A DNA stretch of 64,000 nt from Sphingomonadales bacterium (lineage in GTDB: Bacteria > Pseudomonadota > Alphaproteobacteria > Sphingomonadales > Sphingomonadaceae). Positions 51,997 through 61,183 of this stretch are shown in pieces (position 1 is the stretch's first letter; each line of letters starts with the position of its first letter). The notes under the pieces were generated by a model, which had not been told where the DNA came from, searched no databases, and saw only the letters and a list, made by a program, of their open reading frames with translations. The stretch spans positions 3,330-67,329 of the forward strand of contig JAXDPL010000077.1 in NCBI GenBank assembly GCA_034668385.1, in the 5' to 3' direction. The translations under genes and the position numbers were made by a program.

Positions 51997-52326
51997 TCAC
52001 TGCCCAAGCGAGGCGGTGGACTGGATCCCCGCGACGATGCTCGCCGCGCCGAACAGGATGAAGCAGCCGAGGATGACGGTGGCGCCGTAGCGCCAGTTGA
52101 TTCGGCCGGTCAGCATCAGGAAGCCGACCGAGGCGACGGCGATGACGGCGACGACGGTGGCGATCGTGCCGAGCAAGGTGCCTTCGAGCCAGCGCACGGC
52201 GGAGACGATCACGCCGGAGCCGGCGGGGTCCGAATAAGTGTCTTGCGCCATCGCCGCCGCGGACTGCAGCGCCATGGCAAAGGCGGCCGCGTACGGCCCC
52301 AATCTGGTACCCCTCATCTTGCCCAT
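51997..52326 (-). CDS. virB2: VirB2/TrbC pilin
   Basis: Signal peptide (AAAMA-Q), two hydrophobic helices WLEGTLLGTIAT...GCFILFGAASIV. Confidence 0.9.
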   Translation of the reverse strand: MGKMRGTRLGPYAAAFAMALQSAAAMAQDTYSDPAGSGVIVSAVRWLEGTLLGTIATVVAVIAVASVGFLMLTGRINWRYGATVILGCFILFGAASIVAGIQSTASLGQ

Positions 52327-52491
52327 CGTCTCGCCCAGGATCGATTCGTAGGGAGGATAGTGCGCGAGTGGGCCCGAAATGCCAACAAAGAAAGGAAAAG
52401 TGCCTGTCCCGGCGCGCTCCGCAGGTCCCCTCATCGACTTGGCGCGGCGGCTGTGGGACAAGGGCCGACGAACAAGGACGGCCCCTGCCCG

Positions 52492-52896
52492 GTGATCTAC
52501 GTGCCTTATTCCCAGACGTTGCTCGACCCGCCGGGATCGCACCCGCTCGCGGCCGCGATCGGCTGGCTGCAGGGGACCTTGCTCGGCACCGTGGCGACGA
52601 CCTTGGCGGTGATCGCGGTCGCCGCCGTCGGGATGATGATGCTGACCGGGCGGATCAACCTGCGCCGCGGCGCCAGCGTGGTGTTCGGCTGCTTCATCCT
52701 GTTCGGGGCCTCTTCGATCGCCGGCGGCATCCAGTCCGCCGTCGCCGCGGCGGATTTCGGGTCGGCCCCATTGCCGCCCCCCTACCAGCCGGCGGTCGAG
52801 GCGCCGCCTCCGGTTCCGGCCGAGCCACCCTCCGCGCCCGCGAAGCCGCCGATCCAGAACGACCCGTATGCCGGAGCTTCAGTCCCGAACCGTTAA
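52492..52896 (+). CDS. Second VirB2/TrbC pilin paralog with Pro-rich C-terminal tail (start uncertain)
   Basis: 43/58 aa identical to the virB2 core; tail ends DPYAGASVPNR. Confidence 0.85.
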   Translation: MIYVPYSQTLLDPPGSHPLAAAIGWLQGTLLGTVATTLAVIAVAAVGMMMLTGRINLRRGASVVFGCFILFGASSIAGGIQSAVAAADFGSAPLPPPYQPAVEAPPPVPAEPPSAPAKPPIQNDPYAGASVPNR

Positions 52897-52978
52897 ACGG
52901 TTCGTCGTAAAAAAATCTCGTTTCACCGCTGGACGCACCTCGCAATTGCCGTCATGAATGCGTCAAATGGAGGCGCCG

Positions 52979-55900
52979 ATGCGGGGCTGGCTTTGTCGAG
53001 TCGCGATTGTCCTGCTTCTTCTGGCGCCGCTCGCCGCCTCGGCGCTGACTCCGCCGACCGTCCTCGACGCCACGCCCGGCACCGACGGCCGCGCCATCGC
53101 CCGCTTCACCCTGCGCTTCTCCGATCCGATGATCCCGCTCGGCAAGCAGGGCGCCGATCCGATTGCGATGGCCTGCCCTCAGAAGGGCGCCGGCCGCTGG
53201 ACCGACCCCACCACCTACGTATGGGAATATGACAAGCCGCTTCCCGGAAGCACGATCTGCCGGGCGGAGCTGAAGCCCAGCCTCAAGACCCTTGCCGGCC
53301 GGCTGGTGACCGGCACCCGGACCTTCACGATCGACAGCGGCGGCCCGTTCGCGCTCACCGTCCTGCCGAACGACGGCGACGAGGGGATCGAGGAAGACCA
53401 GGCTTTCTTCGTCGCCAGCAACGGCCCGGTCGATCGCGCCTCGGTCGCCGCCAGCGCCTATTGCGCCGTCGACGGAATCGGCGAGCGGATACCGGTCGAA
53501 ATCCTGCCGGCTTCGACGGTCGAGACCGTCGTCGCCGGGATGAACAGTTACAATCGGCAAACATTGCTCGCAGCGGCGGACCAGAAGGACGAACTGCCCC
53601 CGCCCGGCGCGTCGCGGCAGGCCGCCCTCGAAGACATAACCGGCCTCAGATGCCGCCGTCCGTTGCCGCCGGGGCACGACGTCGCCCTGGTCTGGGCCGG
53701 CGCGATCCGCTCCCCCTCCGGCCGCACCGCAGGGGCCGACCATCGCTTCGACTTCAAGGTCCGCGAGGAGTTCCGCGCCCGCCTGTCCTGCGGCCGGGTC
53801 AACCCGCAATCGGGCTGCGACCCGGTCGAGCCGATCAAGGTCGAGTTCACCGCGCCGGTGCCGCGGGCCAAGGCGCTGGCGGTGCGGCTCGAGACAGGCG
53901 GCGGCCACGCCGTCGCGCCGATCGACGAAGGGCACGACGCGACGCTCAGCGAGATCAAGTTCAAGCCGGCTTTTCCGCCCGCGATCACCGCGCGCCTCGT
54001 CCTGCCCGCCGACCTTCGCGACGAGAGCGGCCGGCCGCTCGCCAATGCCCGGCGCTTCCCCCTCGAAGTCGCCATCGCCGAGGCGCCGCCTCTGGTGAAG
54101 TTCGCCGCGCCGTTCGGAATCCTCGAAGCGAAGCAAGGCGGCGTGCTGCCGGTGACGGTGCGCGGCGTCGAGCCGTCGCTGGCCCAGGCGGTCAAGGGCG
54201 TCGGCGGCACCGCGGCGCGGATCGAGGGCGACGACAAGGCGATCGCCGACTGGGTGCGCCGAGTCACCAAGGCGCAACGCGACGACATCCGCGACGAAGG
54301 CCGCGGGCGCAACAAGCACGCCGTCAATCATACCGGCGACCGGCCCCTGCTTGGGCCGCGGGCCGCGGGCGTCCAGCGCATGCAGCTCGCTTTGCCCGGC
54401 AAGGGCCGCGAATTCGAGGTGGTGGGCGTGCCGCTCACCCGGCCCGGTTTCTACGTCGTCGAACTGGCGAGCCCCGTCCTCGGCAAGGCGCTGCTCGGCC
54501 GGCCGGCGACCCGCTACGTCAACGCGGCGGCCCTGGTCACCGATCTCGCCGTCCACTTCAAATGGGGCCGCGCCGCCTCGCTCGCCTGGGTGACCTCGCT
54601 CGATTCCGGCACGCCGGTAGCGGGCGCCGCGGTGCGGGTGACCGACAGCTGCAGCGGCAAGCTGCTGGCCAGCGGAACGACCGACCGCTTCGGCCGCTTC
54701 CTGGTTGCCGGCGGCCTTCCCACCCCGAGCACCGACGACGGCTGCGATGAGAACCAGCAGCCGCCTCTGATCGTCTCCGCTCGGATCGGCGGCGTTTTCT
54801 CCTTCGTGCTGACCAATTGGGGCGACGGCATCCGCCCCTACGATTTTGACCTCTCCTACGGCTGGGAGGAATCGCGGCCGATCTTCCACACCATCTTCGA
54901 CCGCACCCTGCTCCGCGCCGGCGAGACATTGCACATGAAGCATGTCTATCGCGCGCCGACGCCGCGGGGCTTCAGGAGCGGCGGCGCCGTGACCGGCACT
55001 TTGATCCTCAAGCACCGGGGCTCGGACACCAGCTTCGAGCTGCCGCTGACGCTCGGCGGCGACGGGATCGGCGAGAATGAATGGACCGCGCCCAAGGACG
55101 CGCCGAGCGGCGACTACGACCTCCAGGTCAAGATCGGCGAGGAGACCAACGACACCGGCGGCTCGTTCCGCCTCGACGAATATCGGCTGCCCTCGATGCG
55201 GGCCAGCGTCAGCGGCCCCAAGATCCCGACGCCGCGGTCGCGGCGGCTGCCGCTCGATCTCTATGTCGGCTATTTGTCCGGCGGCGGCGCGGCGGGCGCC
55301 CCGGTCAAGATCCGCACGGAATATGAGGCGCTCGACGATTCCCCGGACGGCTGGGAGGATTGGACCTTCGGCGGCGCCGCGGTGCAGGAAGGCACCGTTC
55401 CGCTCGACGAGGGATCCGACGAGCCGCCCGTGCCCGACTTGCCGGACGCCAACACGCTTCCGCTGATGCTCGACCCGGAGGGCGCGCTGCGTACCGAGCT
55501 CGACGTGCCCGAACTGCAGGATTCGGAGCGGCTGACGGTCGAGATGGATTATGAGGACGCGAACGGCGAGACTCTGACCGCCTCGACCCACATCCCGCTC
55601 TATGCCTCCGCCGTCCGCCTCGGAATCAAGCCCGACGGCTGGATGCAGCGGGCCGGCGATATGCGCCTCAAGGTCGCCGCGCTCGGCCTCGACGGGCGGG
55701 TGCTGAAGGGCCAGAAGGTTCGGGTCGCCCTCTACACGCGCGAAATATTGTCGGCGCGGCGGCGGCTGATCGGCGGCTTCTACGCCTTCGACAACAGCGC
55801 CAGGACGACGAAGCTCGAGCGCACCTGCTCGACGGTCACCGACGAGCACGGCCTCGGCGAGTGCCGGATCGATCCGGGAGTCTCGGGCGAGGTGATCGCG

Positions 55901-58681
55901 GTCGCGACGACCTTGGACGCCGACGGCAACGAAGCCCGCGCGGTGAGCTCCGTCTATCTCGCCGGCGACGACCAATGGTGGTTCGGCGGCGACAATGGCG
56001 ACCGGATGGACATCGTCCCCGACGCCAAGGCCTACAAGGTCGGCGAGACCGCCCACGTCCAGGTCCGCATGCCGTTCCGCGAGGCTACCGCGCTCGTCAC
56101 CGTCGAGCGGGAAGGGGTGCTCTCCTCGTTCGTCACGACCCTCTCGGGCAAGGACCCGGTCGTCGACGTGCCGATGGAAGGGGGCTATTCGCCCGACGCC
56201 TTCATCTCGGTGATGGCGGTGCGCGGCCGGGTCGCCGGCTGGCGGCTGTGGCTCTCCGAGCTTGCCTCCGAATGGCATATACCCTTCTTCGGCGACCCGC
56301 AGCCGACCGCCCTCGTCGACCTCGCCAAGCCGAGCTACCGGATCGGCATCGCCAAGGTGAAGGTCGGCTGGGAAAGCCACACTTTGAGCGTGAAGGTCCA
56401 GGCGGACCGCGAGCGTTATCATGTCCGCGAGCAGGCGCAGGTCGCCGTGCAGGTGCTCGGCCCCGACGGGCGCCCGCCGCAATCGGCCGAGATCGCGTTC
56501 GCGGCGGTCGATGAGGCCCTGCTGAGCCTTTCGCCCAACGACAGCTGGGACGTGCTCGATGCGATGATGGGCGAGCGGCCGCTCTCGGTGCTCACCTCGA
56601 CGGCGCAGATGCAGGTGGTCGGCAAGCGGCACTATGGCCGCAAGGCGCTGCCCACCGGCGGCGGGGGCGGCGGCGACCTCTCCTCGCTGACCCGCGCCGA
56701 CTTCCGGCCGCTGCTGCTCTGGAAGGGCCGGGTGCCGCTCGACTCGGCCGGCCGCGCCACCCTGACCGTGCCGCTCGCCGATTCGCTCTCGGCCTACAAG
56801 CTGGTCGCCATCGCGACCTCCGGCGACGACCTGTTCGGCACGGGCAGCACGACCGTCCGGACCGTGCAGGACCTCAGCCTCTATTCCGGCGTGCCGCCGC
56901 TGGTCCGCACCGGCGACGCCTTCACGGCCGTCTTCACCCTGCGCAACAGCACCGACAGGGCGATGAAGGTCACCGCCACCGCCGAGCTCGCGCCGGGCGT
57001 GGCGCGGCTCGATCCGGTGACGGTCGACGTGCCGGCCGGCAAGGCGGTTCCGGTCACCTGGCCGGTGACGGTGCCGGAAGGGATCGACCAGCTGCGCTGG
57101 ACCGTCGCCGCCCGCTCCGCCGACGGGAAGAGCGGCGACAAGGTACAGATCGACCAGCAGGTCGTTCCCGCCGTGCCCGAGGAAACCTGGGCGGCGAGCT
57201 TCTTCCGCGCCGCGAACGGGGTGCAATTCCCGGTAGGGGCGCCTGACGGGGCGCTGCCGGGCCGCGGCGGTATCGAGGTGGCGCTGACCGCCTCGCCGGC
57301 GCCCTCCCTCGCCGGCGTGAGGGCCTATATGGCGGCCTATCCCTACGGCTGCTTCGAGCAGCGGCTGTCCAAGGCGGTCGCGCTCGAGGACCGCGCCGCC
57401 TGGGACAAGCAGATGGCCGACCTTCCCGCCTACATGACCGACGCGGGCCTGCTCCGTTACTGGCCCGGTTCCGACATGCCCGGCTCGGTCGCGCTCACCG
57501 CTTACGCTCTGTCGATCACCGCCGAGGCCGGGCTGCCCTGGCCCGAGGAGCGCAAGGCGAAATTGCTCGACGCGCTCCGCGCGGTGGTCGACGGCCGGCT
57601 CAAGGAGGAAGGCGAGGGGCCGGCCGACGCCCGGTTGCTGCGCCTGTCCGCGCTCGCCGCCCTCGCCCGCAACGGTCAGGCGACCCCGGCGATGCTGAGC
57701 CAGGCGGCGATCCCGCTGCGCGACATGCCGACCGCGACCCTCGCCGACTGGCTGGCGACGCTCGAGCATGTTCCGGGCGTTGGCCCGAGGCCCAAGGTCG
57801 CGGCCGAGCAGGCGCTGCGCGGGCGGATCGTCTACGAAGGCACGCGCCTCGACCTCGTCGACCGCAACCTCGCGCCCTGGTGGATGATGGTCAGCGACGA
57901 CGAGATGGCGGTGAAGGCTTTGCTAGCCGTCGTCGGCCGGCCCGGCTGGGACCAGGACGCGCCGAAGATGATGATCGGCCTCGCGCTGCGCCAGTCGCGC
58001 GGCCATTGGGACACTACTCCGGCCAATGCCTGGGGCAGTGTCGCGGTGCACCGCTTCGCCTCGGTCTATCCGGGCAAGCCGACCGGGGTGACCACCGTCC
58101 AGCTCGCCGGCCAGAGCCTGTCCGCGACCTGGCCGTCGCCGGCACCGCTCCATTTCGGGCTTCCCGCCGCGCCGGTGCCGCTCGTCTTCGGCCACAGCGG
58201 CGGAGCGCCGGGCTGGTCGCTCGTCTCGGTGCGCGCCGCGGTGCCGCTGACCGCGCCCGCCTTCGCCGGCTACCGGATCACCCGCGAGGCCACGTTCCTC
58301 CAGCGCAAGGCGCCGGGCCGGGTCAGCCGCGGCGACGTCATCAAGGTCCGGATCACGATCGACGCGCCGGTCGATCGCACCTGGGTGGTGGTCGACGATC
58401 CGCTTCCGGCGGGGGCCTCGGTGGTCAGCGGCGGCGGCCAGTCGGCCCTGCTCGCCGCCCAGGCGAGCGGCGGCAACGGCTGGCCGAGCTATGTCGAGCG
58501 CGGCTCGGGCGCCTGGCGCGGCTATTTCGCCTGGCTGCCGAAGGGGCAGACCAGCGTCGAATATGCGGTCCGGATCAACAGCGCCGGCCGGTTCCTGCTG
58601 CCGCCGACCCGGGTCGAGGCGATGTATTCGCCCGAAATCCACGCCGCGCTTCCCAATCGGCCGCTCGACGTCGCGCCATGA
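52979..58681 (+). CDS. Bacterial alpha-2-macroglobulin
   Basis: About 1900 aa, signal peptide, DRTLLRAGET (MG2), AAVDEALL, thioester YPYGCFEQ, VEAMY.PE. Confidence 0.93.
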   Translation: MRGWLCRVAIVLLLLAPLAASALTPPTVLDATPGTDGRAIARFTLRFSDPMIPLGKQGADPIAMACPQKGAGRWTDPTTYVWEYDKPLPGSTICRAELKPSLKTLAGRLVTGTRTFTIDSGGPFALTVLPNDGDEGIEEDQAFFVASNGPVDRASVAASAYCAVDGIGERIPVEILPASTVETVVAGMNSYNRQTLLAAADQKDELPPPGASRQAALEDITGLRCRRPLPPGHDVALVWAGAIRSPSGRTAGADHRFDFKVREEFRARLSCGRVNPQSGCDPVEPIKVEFTAPVPRAKALAVRLETGGGHAVAPIDEGHDATLSEIKFKPAFPPAITARLVLPADLRDESGRPLANARRFPLEVAIAEAPPLVKFAAPFGILEAKQGGVLPVTVRGVEPSLAQAVKGVGGTAARIEGDDKAIADWVRRVTKAQRDDIRDEGRGRNKHAVNHTGDRPLLGPRAAGVQRMQLALPGKGREFEVVGVPLTRPGFYVVELASPVLGKALLGRPATRYVNAAALVTDLAVHFKWGRAASLAWVTSLDSGTPVAGAAVRVTDSCSGKLLASGTTDRFGRFLVAGGLPTPSTDDGCDENQQPPLIVSARIGGVFSFVLTNWGDGIRPYDFDLSYGWEESRPIFHTIFDRTLLRAGETLHMKHVYRAPTPRGFRSGGAVTGTLILKHRGSDTSFELPLTLGGDGIGENEWTAPKDAPSGDYDLQVKIGEETNDTGGSFRLDEYRLPSMRASVSGPKIPTPRSRRLPLDLYVGYLSGGGAAGAPVKIRTEYEALDDSPDGWEDWTFGGAAVQEGTVPLDEGSDEPPVPDLPDANTLPLMLDPEGALRTELDVPELQDSERLTVEMDYEDANGETLTASTHIPLYASAVRLGIKPDGWMQRAGDMRLKVAALGLDGRVLKGQKVRVALYTREILSARRRLIGGFYAFDNSARTTKLERTCSTVTDEHGLGECRIDPGVSGEVIAVATTLDADGNEARAVSSVYLAGDDQWWFGGDNGDRMDIVPDAKAYKVGETAHVQVRMPFREATALVTVEREGVLSSFVTTLSGKDPVVDVPMEGGYSPDAFISVMAVRGRVAGWRLWLSELASEWHIPFFGDPQPTALVDLAKPSYRIGIAKVKVGWESHTLSVKVQADRERYHVREQAQVAVQVLGPDGRPPQSAEIAFAAVDEALLSLSPNDSWDVLDAMMGERPLSVLTSTAQMQVVGKRHYGRKALPTGGGGGGDLSSLTRADFRPLLLWKGRVPLDSAGRATLTVPLADSLSAYKLVAIATSGDDLFGTGSTTVRTVQDLSLYSGVPPLVRTGDAFTAVFTLRNSTDRAMKVTATAELAPGVARLDPVTVDVPAGKAVPVTWPVTVPEGIDQLRWTVAARSADGKSGDKVQIDQQVVPAVPEETWAASFFRAANGVQFPVGAPDGALPGRGGIEVALTASPAPSLAGVRAYMAAYPYGCFEQRLSKAVALEDRAAWDKQMADLPAYMTDAGLLRYWPGSDMPGSVALTAYALSITAEAGLPWPEERKAKLLDALRAVVDGRLKEEGEGPADARLLRLSALAALARNGQATPAMLSQAAIPLRDMPTATLADWLATLEHVPGVGPRPKVAAEQALRGRIVYEGTRLDLVDRNLAPWWMMVSDDEMAVKALLAVVGRPGWDQDAPKMMIGLALRQSRGHWDTTPANAWGSVAVHRFASVYPGKPTGVTTVQLAGQSLSATWPSPAPLHFGLPAAPVPLVFGHSGGAPGWSLVSVRAAVPLTAPAFAGYRITREATFLQRKAPGRVSRGDVIKVRITIDAPVDRTWVVVDDPLPAGASVVSGGGQSALLAAQASGGNGWPSYVERGSGAWRGYFAWLPKGQTSVEYAVRINSAGRFLLPPTRVEAMYSPEIHAALPNRPLDVAP

Positions 58682-60807
58682 TCGTCGGAGCGCTCGCCTG
58701 GCTTCGGCGCCGGCCGAGCCTGTGGCTGGTCCCGCCTTTGCTGCTCGCCGCCGGGCTCGATCTGTGGAGCCGGCCGCCGGCCATGTCGTCCTACGCAGAG
58801 ACCCGCGAGGGCTGGCGGGCGAGCGAGGCCTGGCTGCGCGACCGCAACGGCCGGCTGGTCCAGACGGTCAGAATCGATTTCGCCGTGCGGCGGCTGGAAT
58901 GGATGCCGCTTCAGCACATTTCGCCGGCGGTGCGGTCCGCGGTGGTCGCGGCCGAGGACCGGCGCTTCGCCAGCCACGGCGGCATCGACTGGCGCGGGCT
59001 CGGCGGCTCGGCCTGGGCGGCGCTGAACGGCCGGCGCGCGCGCGGCGCCAGCACGATCACCATGCAGCTCGCCGGCTTCCTCGCTCCCGAGCTCGGCGGC
59101 CCGGGCGCGCGCGGCGCCCGCGACAAGCTGCGCCAGCTCCGCGCCGCGCGGGCGATCGAGGCGCGCTGGAGCAAGGACCAGATCCTCGAAGCCTATCTCA
59201 ACCTGGCCACGTTCCGCGGCGAGACCCAGGGGATCGGCGCCGCCGCCCGCGCTCTGTTCGGCCGGTCCCCCGACGCGCTCGGCCGTGACGACGCTCTGCT
59301 GCTCGCCGCCTTGCTCCCAGCACCCGGCGCTCCGCCGACCGCGGTCGCCCGACGCGCCTGCCGGCTGGGCGGCTTTTCCGACTGCACGACGATGACCGCC
59401 GAGGCGGAGGCGATGACCGGGCCCGCCCGCCGCCTCGCCGACGATCCCGGCCTCGCCCCGCACCTTGCCTACAAATTGCTCGACAAGCCCGGCGAAACGG
59501 TGACCTCGACGATCGACGCCGGCGTGCAGCGGCTCGCCGGGGGCGCGCTCCGCCGCCAGCTGCTCGGCCTCGGCGGAGGGCGAGCGAGGGACGGCGCCGT
59601 CGTCGTCGTCGACAATGCGAGCGGCGACGTGCTCGCTTATGTCGGAGGCATCGGCGGCGCCTCGACCGCCCCCTCGGTCGACAATGCCGATTCCTACCGC
59701 CAGGCCGGCTCGACCCTGAAGCCCTTCCTCTACGGCCAGGCGATCGAGCGCGGCTTCCTCACGCCCGCCTCGATCCTTGAGGACAGCCCGGTCCAGCTCG
59801 ACACCGCGTCGGGCCTCTACGTGCCCAAGGATTACGACCACGAGTTCAAGGGACCGGTCAGCGTCCGCACCGCCCTCGCCGGGTCGCTGAACGTCCCCGC
59901 GGTGCGCGCCTTGCTGGTCGACGGGGTCGAGGAGTTCCGCGATCGGCTCTGGGACATGGGCTATCGCGGGCTCACCCAGGACGGCGATTATTACGGCTAC
60001 AGCCTCGCGCTCGGCTCGGCCGAGGTCACTTTGCTCCAGCAGGCCGCCGCCTATCGGGCCCTGGCCGAAGGCGGGCGCTACCGCCCCCTGCGCCTGCGCG
60101 CCGACGATCCGCGCGAGCCGCCCCGGCCGGTGGCCGATGCCGCTTCGAGCTGGATCGTCGCCGACATGATGGCCGACGCCGACGCCCGGGCGGTCACCTT
60201 CGGGCTCGATTCCGCCCTTCGGCTGCCGTTCTGGGCGGCGGCGAAGACCGGCACGTCGAAGGGCATGCGCGACAATTGGTGCGTCGGCTTCACCGACCGC
60301 TTCACCGTCGCCGTCTGGATCGGCAATGCCGAAGGCGACAGCATGACTCGCGTCTCGGGGACCAGCGGCGCTGCGCCGGTCTGGCGCGAGGTGATGCTGG
60401 CCCTCCACGCCGCCGCGCCCGGCCGCGCCCCGCCGCCGCCCGCCGGAATCGTGCCTCGCGCCATTACCTTCGCCGAGGCGATCGAGCCCGCCCGCACCGA
60501 ATATTTCCTGCGCGGCACCGACCAGCCGGTCGTCGCGCAGGCGACAGCCGCCGCCCGCCGCCCGCGCATCACCAGCCCGGTGCCAGGCACCGTCTACGCG
60601 CTCGACCCGGACATCCCGATGAGCAACCAGCTGATCCGCCTGACCTCCGCCGGCGCCGCCGCGGGCGAGCGCCTCCAGCTCGACGGCCGCGACGTCGGCG
60701 AAGCCGCCGCGAGCCCCCTCGTCTACCCCGCCCGAGGCCCGCACCGTTTGGCGCTTGTCGACGGCGAGGGGCGGACCTTGGACCGGACGCTTTTCACGGT
60801 GCGGTAG
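58678..60807 (+). CDS. pbpC: Penicillin-binding protein 1C
   Basis: EDRRF..H.G.D, GASTITMQL, GSTLKPF, SLN, KTGTS; ATGA overlap with A2M. Confidence 0.93.
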   Translation: MIVGALAWLRRRPSLWLVPPLLLAAGLDLWSRPPAMSSYAETREGWRASEAWLRDRNGRLVQTVRIDFAVRRLEWMPLQHISPAVRSAVVAAEDRRFASHGGIDWRGLGGSAWAALNGRRARGASTITMQLAGFLAPELGGPGARGARDKLRQLRAARAIEARWSKDQILEAYLNLATFRGETQGIGAAARALFGRSPDALGRDDALLLAALLPAPGAPPTAVARRACRLGGFSDCTTMTAEAEAMTGPARRLADDPGLAPHLAYKLLDKPGETVTSTIDAGVQRLAGGALRRQLLGLGGGRARDGAVVVVDNASGDVLAYVGGIGGASTAPSVDNADSYRQAGSTLKPFLYGQAIERGFLTPASILEDSPVQLDTASGLYVPKDYDHEFKGPVSVRTALAGSLNVPAVRALLVDGVEEFRDRLWDMGYRGLTQDGDYYGYSLALGSAEVTLLQQAAAYRALAEGGRYRPLRLRADDPREPPRPVADAASSWIVADMMADADARAVTFGLDSALRLPFWAAAKTGTSKGMRDNWCVGFTDRFTVAVWIGNAEGDSMTRVSGTSGAAPVWREVMLALHAAAPGRAPPPPAGIVPRAITFAEAIEPARTEYFLRGTDQPVVAQATAAARRPRITSPVPGTVYALDPDIPMSNQLIRLTSAGAAAGERLQLDGRDVGEAAASPLVYPARGPHRLALVDGEGRTLDRTLFTVR

Positions 60808-60826
60808 GAAGATTGTTGAGAGCCAT

Positions 60827-60902
60827 TGGTGCCGCTTGAGGGACTCGAACCCACGACCCCATCATTACGAATGATGTGCTCTACCAGCTGAGCTAAAGCG
60901 GC
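60827..60902 (-). tRNA. tRNA-Thr (CGT)
   Basis: GCCGCTTTAGCTCAGCTGGTAGAGCA-CATCA-TTCGTAA-TGATG-GGGTCGTGGGTTCGAGTCCCTCAAGCGGCACCA, 76 nt with encoded CCA. Confidence 0.97.
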
Positions 60903-60967
60903 GCTCCCGGGGGAGGCGGCGCTCTAACAGCGGCCGACGCGGCTGACAAGCGACGCGGAGCGGGATG

Positions 60968-61183
60968 TCAGGCGGCTGCGCGCTTCGGTTCGGGAACGGG
61001 CCGGCCCATTTCCTTGGCGCCCTCGATCCAGCAGCCGATCGCGTCATAGGCGTTTTCGAGCGCCTCCTGCGGACTCTCGCCGTCCGACACGCAGCCCGGC
61101 AGCTCCGGGACCTCGGCCAGGAAACCCCCGCCGTCCTTCTCCGCGAGGGGCCGGACCCGAACTTCAAAATCCTGAGGTTTCAT
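60968..61183 (-). CDS. hicB: HicB family antitoxin (short form, no DNA-binding domain)
   Basis: GGGFLAEVPELPGCVSDGESPQEALEN..DAI..W......GRPVPEP. Confidence 0.9.
   Translation of the reverse strand: MKPQDFEVRVRPLAEKDGGGFLAEVPELPGCVSDGESPQEALENAYDAIGCWIEGAKEMGRPVPEPKRAAA

Noticed and set aside
52952-57769. 1605-aa minus-strand ORF, and similar long antisense ORFs (3391-5124, 33220-35394, 37729-40230, 49185-51389, 58522-60744, 61488-63956)
   Set aside because: Shadow frames opposite well-supported genes; expected from GC3-biased codon usage, with no recognisable motifs
43165-60902. Intact ICE integrated at tRNA-Thr
   Set aside because: I found no duplicate of the tRNA 3' end and no integrase, relaxase or coupling protein in the window
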